Positions 35,945 to 48,104 of a stretch of 64,000 bases of DNA are shown one piece after another; positions within the stretch are counted from its first letter, which is position 1, and every line of letters begins with the position of its first letter. The translations under genes and the position numbers were made by a program. The stretch lies in assembly GCF_006345805.1 (NCBI RefSeq), contig NC_043001.1, positions 40,114,001 through 40,178,000 on the forward strand. The letters are read 5' to 3'. This DNA comes from Octopus sinensis. Taxonomy: Eukaryota. The notes under the pieces were generated by a model, which saw only the letters and a program-made list of their open reading frames with translations, was not told where the DNA came from and ran no database searches.

Positions 35945-38379
35945 TAATTTTATCACTTCTGAAAGAATGAAACATCAACCATGACAGGATTTGAACTCAG
36001 AACATATGAAGACATAAGATAAATCATTTTGTCCAGCTCAACTGACTTTGTGGAACACAACAATAGAGTGGCAGAAACCATGCACATACAATGTTTCATT
36101 TTATTTGCAGATTTCAAATTAAAATCTCACAGCAACAACTTTGCTTTCGTCCCCCCAAGAAAGGAAGTAAATTTCATAAGCCAATCAAGTCAACTATACT
36201 TCTCCTTCCCAACATGTATCCACTAGCATAGCTGGGGGAGTGAGGGTGATCCTCCCCAGGTGGAACTTTTGGGTCTGCAGTAGACAATGTGTGATTCTTG
36301 TGAGGTCTGGTGGCATACATTCTAGCTACGCTAGTGTGTGTATCAATGTAAAAAATTAAAATTATGAACATACAATGCTGGTATTTCTTACCTTGGATAT
36401 CAGTAAAATAAATAAATACCAGTGATAAATTGATTTTATTAACTGTATCCTTCCTCTACAAATATGAGGTCAGGTAATGTTAGAAATCGAGGAGTACACA
36501 TTGTGAGCAGAAAATTGGCTAAAATGACAGTGTGTTGCCTCCATGAGGCCCATATCTTCCACAACTGCAATTTTGCTCGGCTTCATGGGTATTTTTTCCC
36601 TTTATATATTTAAACAAATTGGCTACTTATTTCTCTGTTAAGGGTTGGCATTAGGAAGGACATCCAGCCATAGAAACCATGCAGCAATAGACAATTGGAG
36701 TCTGGACAGCTCCCAAGTAGCTAGCTCCATGTCAAATTGTCCAACCCATGCCAGCATGGAAAACAGACGTTATACAATAATGATATCCTAATGAGGTTCA
36801 AAATCAAATAAGGATGTTCAGCTGTAATGAAGAGGTAGGCATATGAATTCTTTGTAATACTCGTCTTTCATGTCCAATATTACTGAAGGTTATCAACATG
36901 CATGGGTTGCTGCCAGAGCTGCCCAACTGGCTCCCCCGTGCCAGTGGAACGTAAAAAGCACTATCCAAACATGGTTGATGCCAGAAGGGTGAAAATGTAA
37001 GGGTGGATTATGGAATAAGATAAAGATTAGAGAGTGGATGACCACAGTAAAGGTGGGTGGCATGATAAAAAAAAATTAGGTGAGGGGTGGGAGAGCGTGA
37101 TGGCTGGTAGTAAAAAAGAGCAAGAGGGAAAGGGAGATGCACTAGTGGAAAGGAATTATAGAGGCATGAAGGTGGCCTGATGCACTTAAACATCTGCCTA
37201 GTGAAGGGAGAGGGCAGACTGATGCAGTCTATAACATGCAGGTTTAGTTAATGGAGAAGTCAGAGAGATGAGGTGAACCATTGCAGTCTCTTATACAATA
37301 GGACCAATGGGAGAATGAAGGTGGATAGATAGCTATAAGGGAGAGTGAGCAACAGGAAACTTACTAAGCCAAATGAACCATGAATCTATTATAAATTTCC
37401 TCACAATATTTTTTTGAATATAATTTTTTTAATGTAAAAGAGTGCTTTAATAAAATATTAGATGTTTTATTAATATATATCTATATAATTATCATCTTTG
37501 CATGTGTGTGTACATATATAAAACTAGGTGAAATAGTATCATCATTATCTAATGCTTAGGGCATTAACTATAAGTAAATAGGTAGTGTGAAAAAAATTAC
37601 TCAATAACTTTCTAAATATATATTAGATTTGGTGATCAGTTAAATTGAATCACATGTTATATTTTATTTTTCAACATAAGCACAGGCTTAGCTGTGTGGT
37701 TAAAAAGCTCACTCCCCAACCATGTGGTTTTGAGTTTGGTCCCACTGCATGGCATCTTGAGCAAGTATCTTCAACTATAGCCCTGAGCAAACCAAAGTGA
37801 ATTGTGTATGGGTGTGTGTTTCTATGAGTTATATTTTCCCCATTTTTGCTGATTTATAATCAATGGCTTCTTGATGGTGCTTCTTGCTTGCAATCAACAA
37901 TGAAAGCATGTCCAGATTTCATGACATGCGGCACAATCTTTGTAAAGAAAGAGCTCAGTCATATGGACGTCTTTGTTTCCAGCTCTCCATGTAAAACATG
38001 CCCAAGCTGTCTGTTGCTCAAAAGACTTGAATATTACTAACCTACTTGGAAATAAGTGGGTTGGCAATAAGAAGAGCATTTCACCATAGAAACTTTGCCC
38101 CCAATGTACCCAATCTGACCCATGCAAGCTTGGAAAAGTAGACATTAAAACAATGATGATATGTGCTTAAAATGATGATACTCAATGGTATAGCTAGATT
38201 GTGTATTGTTTGAGGTAGTCTTTCAATTCCATCTACTCCCCCAAAATACCACCTAATACAAATATCAATTGCTGCCTCCCAAAAGTAATCCAGAGCAGAT
38301 ATCCCTTCTTGGTTCACTTTAGCCCTAATTGTATGAATAACTTCAATTTTTTTTTTTTTTTTGATCCAAATTATTAATG

Positions 38380-39655
38380 AAGTGGTTGAACTGGTACAGC
38401 ATCAGAGTAAATATTTTCCACTGTTTAGTTCTATATCTATTATATTCTAAGCTCTAATTTAATCATGTTCAATTTTTTCTTTCATTACTCCTTAGTAGAT
38501 CAAATAAAAGTGCTAGAGTCAATTCAATCAACAATATCCCTGACAAATACATGGCCTTGTGCCAACATACAAATTATTATCAGAACATAAAAAGTTATTA
38601 ATTAAATAGAACACTAGACAATGCATTATTATATTTAGTTACATTTCCCTTGATTCCAAATTCAAACCCAGATGAGGCTTACTTTGCTACTTATTCCTCT
38701 TAGGATAATAACACAGTGAGAACTGACTCAGCCAACATTACCCAGCCCAAAAGGGAACACTTTTATTGTTTCCATGACTGAGAATAAGTGTTTTATAATC
38801 TGCAATCCAATTTTTTTTCTTCCTAATTAAAGTCCTGTTCACATATTAGTACCATACTACCCTCCAGTAAGATCATAAAAATCTTTCCTTTCTGAAAGAA
38901 ATCAGAGAGGGGAAATAGTAGAGAAACAAAGTAAAACATTCCTAAGTATATAATTTTATACCTCTATATTCTGTGTTCAAATCCTGCCAGAATTAGCTTT
39001 GCTTTTCCTCCATCCAGAGTCAAAATACCCACTAATAATAATGGAGTCAGTTTAGTTAACAAAGCTTTCCTTTATGAGTGCAGCTTTGAACTAACATTTT
39101 CCATGCTAGCATAGGCTGGATAATAATAATAATCCTTTCTACTATAGGCACAAGGCCTGAAATTTCAAGAGAGGGGATAGTCGATTACATCGATCCAAGG
39201 GCTCAACTGGTACTTAATTTATTGACCCCCCGAAAGGATGAAAGGCAAAGTAGACCTCAGTGGAATTTGAACTCAGAACACAATGGCAGATGAAATACCA
39301 CTAAGTGTTTCACCAAGTGTGCTAACAAATCTACCAATTCATCGCCTTAATAATAATCCTTTCTTCTATAGGCACAAGGCCTGAAAACAGGGAAAGGGGG
39401 CTAGTTAATTACATCGATCCAATTACATAACTGGTACTTATTTCATCAACTCCCAAGAGAATGAAAGGCAAAGTTGACCTTGGCAGAATTTGAATTCACA
39501 GTGTAAAGATGGACAAAATGTTTCTAAGCTAATAGTTCTACCAGCTCACCACCTACATAATAATTATTTCAAATTTTTGCCACAAAGGCAGCTTGGGTGA
39601 GGTAGGGATAAGTCGATTACATTGACCCCAACAGGTACTTATTTTATCAATTCTG
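38380..39655. mobile_element. Cluster of family-B SINEs: older sense copies (38380-39060) abutting three antisense copies (39122-39655)
   Basis: ggcacaaggcctgaaa...gtcgattacatcga...ggatgaaaggcaaagt...ggaatttgaactcagaac. Further copies at about 18330-18440, 23620-23845, 25390-25510, 35960-36060. Confidence 0.8.
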
Positions 39656-40250
39656 AACAAGAGGGCTGGGCACCGATCATTGATGGATCCCTACTTGTAC
39701 CCTTAATTCTTCACTGTACTCATTGCCAACCCTCACCTTATTGATCGTGTCCCAGTACATAGCTTGTATAGCTCTCACCAACCACTCGTCTATCCCTAGT
39801 TTCCACATTGACCACCAGATAAGGAATCAGGGGGCCCTGTCAAAGGCTTTCTCCAAATACACAAAGGCCAAGTCCAGAGGTTTATCTTTGGCTATATATT
39901 TCTCTTGCAACTGCCTCACCAGAAATATAGCATCAGTGGTGCTTCTCCCTGGCACAAAACCCAACTGCATCTCATCTAAGCTCTCTCCCTAGTTGGACAA
40001 TGACTCTCCATAGCGTTCATCACCTGATCCAGTAATTTGATACCTCTGTAATTATTTCTATCAAAAGCATCACCATTACCTTTGTAGCAGTCGATTGTGG
40101 TGCTGCTACACCAATCATTGGGTATGACTCCTTCGTGAACCACCTGATTTACAATATGGGTAAACCTCCACCGCCAGATATTTTAAGCATCTCAGCAGAG
40201 ATTCCTGATGGGCCAGGGACTTCTCCTGTCTTCATATCCTTAGGATTATT
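39655..40250 (-). mobile_element. RTE-clade LINE reverse transcriptase fragment
   Basis: MQLGFVPGRSTTDAIFLVRQLQEKYIAKDKPLDLAFVYLEKAFDRA (RT motifs 2-3). Confidence 0.9.
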
Positions 40251-41809
40251 ACTATTATTATTTTTGTTGTTGTTGTTGTTGTTGTAGGGTGGTGGCTTGG
40301 CAGAATAAGTAGAACTACAAACAAATTCCCTGGCAGGTTTTAGGGTCATTCTTTTGTGTTATGAATTCAAATCCCAGATTGAGGACAGTCTTACATCCTT
40401 CTTATATTGTTAAAATAAAGTCCCAGTTTTGGCATAACTACTATAATTTAACAAACACATCTCATGATTAACAAAACATTTTTATAAATCAAAATACCCT
40501 ATAGCTTATCGAAACATTAGATTACCTTTGATCCCCATTTACACATCTACACATACATATATACATGGAACCCTAAACACCTCATGTTAGACATCTTTGA
40601 ATCCAAAATAGAAACCATGTGAACATCTATCAATGAAAAGAGGACAGCATTGTATCTTTCAACAGTTCAAATACTTGGTAGCTATGTATATCAAAGAAAC
40701 AATCTTGTATTATATGGTATCTCATCATGAATAACATACTTCTAAAAGTTGCCACAAATTTTAGGCCTCACACACACACTGTAAAGTGGTTGGTATTAGG
40801 AAGGGTATCTAGCCATAAAAACCATGCCAAACAGACAGTAGAATTTAGTGCAGTTCTCTGGCTTGCCAGCACCTGTCAAGCCATCCAATCCATGCCAGTA
40901 TGGAAAACAGACATTAAATGATGATGATCAGATTGGAATAAGTTTTGAGGTTAATATAATCAACCAAATCCTTCAGGTGATGCCCTAGCAAGGCAACAGT
41001 CTAATGACAAACCAGTAAAACAATAAAATAAGAATACTCTATAGAAAAATAGATGTAAAATAGTATGAGAAAATTTGATGACAGGTAGGTTTCATTTTCA
41101 AATTACAAATAGAATTGCTTATGAATATTGTTCAAAAACAATAAGCAAGGATTGCATAATTTGGAGACATCAATAGTTAATTATAAAAAGAGATTAATAT
41201 GGTAAAATCTATTTGGAAATTAAAGATATGTTCATTAAATAATTTATTACTACCTTCATGATAGAAGAAGCAGTTGAGACTTAACTACAGAAGAGAAAAA
41301 AAAATGAAGGTTGCAATAAAAATTATACATATTCAAGTAACTCGATGACTAATAATACTATTAATTCATTGCCAGCGTGGCAAAAATGATTATTCAGGTA
41401 TTTGATGATGATGATTGTAAAGTGTGAGAATCTAATTTCCCTATCTGGTCAATCAGAAACACCTGCTACTCAGCATATTTCATAAACCAAACCAACGTCA
41501 TGGAAAACTAATTCAATATGATAAACATTTTTCTTTTGTTTCTATCAGAATGACATTTCTTATAGTATACTAACTTCCTAACAGGTTATCATAAATAAGT
41601 AGGTCAAATCTGATTGTTTATTGTTAATATCTAGTCATATTTATGAATATAGAAAAAAACTGAATAGTATAATGTATTATGCAAGTTATGAAAGGTAAGG
41701 TATTAATAAAACAATTGTTACATTTCACAAAGAAAAAAATGCTACCAACGCAATGAGCCAATGACTGAGCTTCTACATATGGAATCACTAAACAGGCTCA
41801 AAATAAAAG

Positions 41810-43010
41810 CACACTGTAAGTTTGAAGGTTTATAACTCGAGTTCCATCTAACCAACTTGATTGAAATTTCAGACATACATTTGGTATGTGCCGAGGCATG
41901 ATTTAGTCATAACAAATGCTTCAATCAATGTTCAGTTTTCGCAAAATCTTGATCGATAATTATTTATTTTTTTCAAAAAGTCATCCGATTTTGATCAAAC
42001 TTGACATACCTATGCATTCTTACCCAAGGTTTTTTGTTTCACTATTTTTTTCAAATTCCGTTTCATTTGAGCACAGCACTGGAAAAACCGACTCAAAAAA
42101 TGCCTTTAAGGCAGGCCATAGCACCGGAACCATTGAGCTGATTTAAACCAAACTCAGTAAACAAATGCACTTTCTCCCAAGTTTTATGCCATGGTTCATT
42201 TCATTAAATTGCGTTTTGTTTGAGCACAAATCGACAAACTCACATTTGAACAAAATGCCTTTGTTGAGATAGCTCCATATTTGTTTTTCTCAGAACACTG
42301 ACCCCATTTCTTCCCCAATGCATAAACAATTAATCTCCACCATGGGGTGCACACACATTATGACCCCACGTGACCTCAAAATAGCCACTGCCAATAAGAG
42401 TAAACATCTGGCACTGAGGCTTTCCATTGCAATAAATGAAAGCGATTTCTATGTGTAGCATGAGATAGCTAAAGCAATAACAGCCTCTGCACTGCACAAG
42501 CTACCGGTAAGTACTTACTACTTACTTCATCCATTTCACTAGCAGTAGTAACCAATATTGCACGGGTCTTAATAAATTACCATGGAACTGCAGAAACATG
42601 AGGCCTTACACTTGAGAAAAGATGGTTTGGGGCGTGACATTGTTAAAGCAATAACCTTGGTAACCTCTTGAATCAAATCAATGCCCAAGCTGCATTTCAA
42701 AAAGTTATATTTTTGTGCTGTTAACAGTTTCCATGTATAAGTGCTTTCGGGTGAGGCCGGGCCAAACCGCTGATATGCATTAGGTGTGTTCCAAGACATG
42801 TTTTAGTCATAATAACTGCTTCGATAATGTTTGGTTTTCACAAAAACTCGATAATTATCAATTTTTTCAAAAAGTCATCCAATTTCAACGAAACTCAATA
42901 CACATTTGCAGTTTGACCCAAAGAGTTTCATGGCATTGCGGTACTCAGTGGATGACTGGAAAACTGAAACTGAACTACAGAAGCCCAATGAAGCTGCGTA
43001 CCACATAATC
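41810..43010. mobile_element. Probable non-autonomous DNA/Helitron-like repeats
   Basis: Two related segments (gataattat...ttttcaaaaagtcatcc-attt...aaact at about 41955-42005 and 42850-42895) and a decayed Helitron-like 3' motif cgggtgaggccgggccaaaccgctgat at about 42748-42774. Confidence 0.35.
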
Positions 43011-43643
43011 AATGTGGTTATTGGTCCAGCATTCAATGTGACACCAGATTATTCAGATTTATTTATGCTACTGCATCTTACTTAAAAAAACCCTTTTGTT
43101 TTCACTAACACCAGTCACGATTCTGCTCCAATGTTTTCACAGCAACCTCTCCTCTCAAAGTTATCCCTTCCTCCTTTAATCCAGCTGCAGTTGGTAAGTC
43201 ACAAAATTGTTATTACATCTAGTGTTGCTCCTTGCCATTTCACCTCATGCCATTGGAATACATTCATAGATAGAGGGACTTTTGACAAACGCCTCTACCT
43301 CATGAATCGATAAGCAACGTTATCTCAGGCTTCACGGTAAAACTACTAGACATTATCTGTTGACAATTCACATACATGTATTTATTCCAGCATAGAACAA
43401 ACTATGATTGACATCCGCTAATGAATGCAGATAGTGGAAAACATGTTAATCGCCCCTTTGAGAAGTGATTTGATTCGTTGACGGCTCCCATTGCAACAAA
43501 GCTTACCGTACTGCTACTATATCACCTTATGGATATCTCTCCATTAAGACATGCTTATGGCTTCATACCCACACATCCTATCAGCCGCTTGCTTTTATCC
43601 TTCTGACTGGGACTAAGTGTTCCTCAACCTCCCTTTTTAGGTC

Positions 43644-44090
43644 ATGCCATGACAGAAGACGTTCACCATTGGCCGAAATACTGCCAAAGCAGAAGAAACA
43701 AAACAAATTTGAGCTTCAGAACCATTGTTGGAAACTACCATCTGTCGGTAACAAGCTGCTGAACATGCGACCACCAGAAGAACTCTCGAAACAGACAACC
43801 AGCAAAACACTCGCATGACCACTATTGCCATCTTATCTGCGACTGCTTGTGCTGCAGAAACTGAAGACCAACACAGAACTCACCGCACCATGAATGCTGT
43901 TTCAATGGCAGCTGCTCGAACTTCAGAGACAGAAGTCTAGCAAAGAAGCCGCCGATCTGCTAACACCGCGTCTACAGCTGCTGCAAGAGCTTCTGAAACA
44001 AGTCCCCAGAGGAAACGTTGCCAAGGCGTTAATTCACAAACCTATTATCCAACTATAAATCTTGGAGTTAATGTTCATAAAAAGAAATAA
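43644..44090 (+). pseudogene. Helitron RepHel-like N-terminal region (RASET-type repeats), decayed
   Basis: One frame from ATG 43644: MP*QKTFTIGRNTAKAE...I*ASEP...RRTLETD...CAAETEDQ...ARTSETEV*Q...ARASETSPQRKR. All internal stops are consistent with C>T decay; strong acceptor ccctttttag just upstream. Family assignment is from recalled motif similarity only. Confidence 0.55.
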
Positions 44091-44149
44091 TACATTCGGA
44101 GACAAAAGAAATGTATGTGGGGATACAAATAGAAAAACTATAAACTTAC

Positions 44150-44263
44150 ATTGGTATCATTGACTGATGCACCTTCTTTTGGCTTGGTGCCCGGTTTTAC
44201 TGGTGGACATACTATACCATTGATGACCAAAAGCACCAAACTTACTAATATTGTTATATACAT
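44150..44263 (-). CDS. NUCB2: Nucleobindin exon 2 (first coding exon; whole exon 44150-44274): signal peptide and N-terminus
   Basis: Reads MYITILVSLVLLVINGIVC-PPVKPGTKPKEGASVNDTN (38 aa). Hydrophobic signal-like stretch; acceptor ttttttcag 11 nt upstream of the ATG; donor AAT|GTAAGT at phase 0, matching the phase-0 start of the next exon. Confidence 0.85.
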
Positions 44264-44789
44264 CACAAGGATTTCTGAAAAAAAAAATGGAAATGTAAAA
44301 CCTTCACTAACTAAAGTGAAAAACAAAATAAGAACATTAAATTCTAAGAATAATGCTTTCAAGTCTTGTGTAAATAAGAGCTTTTATACAGAAGTGGAAA
44401 GGGTAAAATTAATGTTGAAATATGAATAGGATAAAAATTCAGTTTTCAGCATTTTCCTTGCAAAGTAGGCACTCTCTTTAACTTTGTGGAGATTTAAACT
44501 TAAAATTGCTTTGTATCAGGACTAAACAATTCTAATAAAAATCATTAGCATTTATGATAATTCTTGTTATAAGCAAGAAGCCACTCCAAAATAAACTGAT
44601 TAAAAATTGAATGAGGAATGAATCTGGTCTTTACTAAATGTGGTGATGATTTGTTTCAGTAAAGTCTTGTCATCAGAATTCAGAATGACTAAAAGTATAT
44701 AGGTTTTTAATGAAAAAAAAAGTATTCACTGATTAAGCAATTTAAAATAAAACCACAGGAAAAATTCCTAAGGATATTTTCTGTATGAA

Positions 44790-45195
44790 AAACATAGATG
44801 CAGGTAAGAAGCTTGCTTCCCAATCACATGCTTTTGGGTTCAGTCCCACTACATGGCACCTTGGGCAAAAGTCTTCTATTAATAGCCTTGGGCTGACCAA
44901 AGCCTTGGGTGGGAGTGGATCTGGTAGACAGAAACTGAAAGAAGCCCGAAATTGTGTGTGCGTGTGTATATATATGAATATATGTATTTGTGTGTCTGTT
45001 TTTCCCACCAACCCACCATCGCTTGACAACTGATGTTGGTGTATTTACATCCCCATAACTTAGCAGTTCAGCAAAAGAGACACTAATAAAATAGGTTCTA
45101 GGCTTACAAAGAATAAGTCCCGGGGTCGATTTGTTCAACTAAAGGCAGTGCTCCAGCATGGCTACAGTCAAATGACTGAAACAAGTAAGAGAATA
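44790..45195. mobile_element. Two other tRNA-derived SINE families (D on plus 44790-44990; C on minus 44990-45195)
   Basis: D: gggttcagtcccact...ggcaccttgggcaa...gtagacagaaactgaaagaagccc (also about 3790-3910, 11150-11320, 32222-32330, 37680-37830, 46260-46390, 46720-46865). C: cttgtttcagtcatttgactg...catgctggagcac (also 31785-32010, 46070-46270). Confidence 0.8.
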
Positions 45196-46865
45196 AAAGA
45201 ATACAGTTAAGAATGTGGTGAACAAAAATTGCACCTGTTGAACTCTCTGCTATTATTGAAACCCTTTGCTATTATTCAGTAGATACTCTATGAAAAATGC
45301 TTCTAAAGAACATATTTACAAAAATGCATTAATAAATAATTGAGATTTTAAACAATCACTATGATTCCATCTATTCTTAAAAATAATTCTAATACAAAGA
45401 ACAATCTACAGAATGCAAGACGAGTTTCTGTGAAAGATATTAATACAAAAACAAATAAAGCAATAATTACAAAAATAAAAATCAAATAATGTAAAAGATA
45501 ATTAGACAGCTGATAAACTTAGATACAAGCATTATCCCAACATGAAATCCCTATTTATACTTGAGGTTAACAGTATTAGTTCACAAGAAGCAAAGCTGAT
45601 GCAACATACTATAAACACACTAGGCATCCTGAACTGGTTTCCAGCTTGTAAAGATAAATAATTTAAGCTACTAAACAAATACAGGTCAAATAATTAGAAC
45701 TTCTTACTTTGATTAGACAATGTAAACAACGCTGAAGAGAAAAGTCCATTACTGTTGCTGCCTAGATTTTTAGTCTTTTTTTTTTGATTGACAGCTTAAT
45801 GTTTTGATTTACTTTTACTATGAACAGTACAACAGCCTACATTTTCCAACAGAGTGATCTAAACACCTCTTGATCGGGTTAAAACTCATCATAATACATC
45901 TTTCTAATAAACTTTTCTTTTTTTATTTTAAATTTTATCTTAATATAACAAGAGACATGTGGAAACAACTTTAAACACATGAAGGAGCCAAAGAAAATAA
46001 AATGAGAAAAATCCAAGGAAACTGAAAAAAAGAGACAAAAATACAGAAATAGTAAAATGGAAAAGATGTTTCAGTCATTGGACTTTGGCCATGCTGGGAC
46101 ACTGACTTGAAGGATTTTAGTCAAACAAATACTCAGTTTTATTTTATTTTTTTAATCATTCTATTTTGCTGGAATGTTAACTTACAGGGATGTAAACAGA
46201 CCAGCATCAGTTGTCAAGCATTGAAGAACAAATACAGACACAAACACACACACAAAACATCTTCCACACAATTTCCATCTAACAAATTAACTCACAAAGC
46301 ATTAGTTAGTCTGAGTCTATAGTAGAAGATACTTGCCCGTGGTACCACACAGTGGAACTGAGCCTGAAACCACATGGTTGCAACATAAGCATGAGAAATG
46401 AAACAGTATGACATATGTGAGAAACTGCAACATGTAAGACCAATATTTCTATTTTGAATAAATTGCTCTATGTATAACACACATTTTTCCTGTTTCTTTC
46501 CAATTACAAATATAATGCATTTCCATCCTTCTCCTACAGTTTCAATAAACTCTTTGAAGAAATTTGGTGTGAAGATTCCAATTGAATTTAAATTTTCTAA
46601 CAGCTAAAACTGATAATGGAATAAACTACTTAAATATATGTTTTATGAACTGATATCACCATTCTGCTTGATGGACAGCTCTAAATATTTATCTTTATTT
46701 ATTAGCTTACTATCAGGTAGGTGCAGGCATAACTATGTAGTTAAGAAGTTCACTTCACATCACATAATCTTGGGTTCAGTTTCTCTACATAGCACATTAT
46801 AACTCCAACCAATACCTTGTAAGTGGATTTGGTAGACAGAAATTCTACAAAGCCCATCTTGTGTA

Positions 46866-48104
46866 CAAGGGTGGACTGCAAAGTTCATAGGCTGATTAAG
46901 GAGTTATCATACATTAAATTCTACCTTTACTGATGCTTACTGCATTTTTTCTTTCCAGATAAACTCATATTGGATATAGAATTGAGGACTTGGAAAAGTG
47001 GTACCGGAAGATTTTTTTGTGAAAATGGATAAAATTTGGCACCATGGTATTATCAAATATCTGCAGGAAAAGGGGTTGGCCCCCAAGGACATTCATGCAG
47101 ATGTGGTTGCTACACTAGGGGCTGATGCTCCAGCTTTATCAATTGTGAAAAAGTGGGCAGGTAGGGAGAGTATTAAAGATGACCCAAGGTCCAGATGTCC
47201 TGCCACAGCCACTACCCAAGAAAACATTGATCATGTTCAACACATGGTGATGGATGACAGACGTTTAAATATTGATCACATAGCTAATGCTGTAGGGAGC
47301 TCCCATAAACAAGTAGAGAATATTCTGCATGACGAACTTATGTCGAAGATTTCCACAACTTTTCACACCTGATCAAAAACACACCAGGCTGGTCATGTCA
47401 CAGGGAACTTGGTACTTTTAAAAGCAAATCCAGCCAGTTTCCTTGAACGTTTCCTCATCCAAGAAGAATGCTGGATTCACCACTTTGAGCCAGAGACCAA
47501 ACTCAGTCCATGCAGTGGAAACACCCGTCTTCTCTCCAACCAAATAAGGTCAAGGTGATGTCATTGGCAAGAAAGGTGATGGCCTCCATCTTAGGAGATG
47601 CAAAGGGCATTGTGTTCATTGACTGCCTTCAGAAAGGCCATACTATCAATGGAGAATACTATGCCAACTTGCTGAGGCATCTGTGAAAGGCAATCAAGTC
47701 AAAACAGCCTGGGAAACTGATGAAGGGGGTCTTGCTTCACCAGGACAAAGCTCCTGCACACAAGTCTGTGGTTGAAGTGGCTGCTGTGCACAATTGTGAC
47801 TTTGAACTGGTTGATCACCTTCCATATTCTCCTGATTTGACACCATCTGACTATTTTCTATTCACCAACATGAAAAAACACATGGCTGAGAAGCATTATT
47901 GGGCCAATGATGAGGTAAATCTGCTGTTGAAGACTTTTGTGAGAGTCAGGATGAGAGCTTCTATACCACGGGAACCCAACCACTGCAACACCAATGGAAG
48001 AAGCGTATAGACTGTAGGGGTGACTATGTCATAAAATAAAACACATTTGATCAAGTTCAGCCATTGTATCGTGGTCAGCCTATGAACTTTGCAGCCCACC
48101 CTTG
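46866..48104 (+). mobile_element. Full-length decayed mariner (irritans/Himar-like TIR), 1239 bp, inserted in the TA tail of a SINE
   Basis: 30-bp TIRs caagggtggactgcaaagttcataggctga / tcagcctatgaactttgcagcccacccttg (1 mismatch), TA TSD. Motifs: HTH start MDKIWHHGIIKYL, WIHHFEP, LLHQDKAPAH, PYSPDLTPSDYFLF; several frameshifts. Confidence 0.95.
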
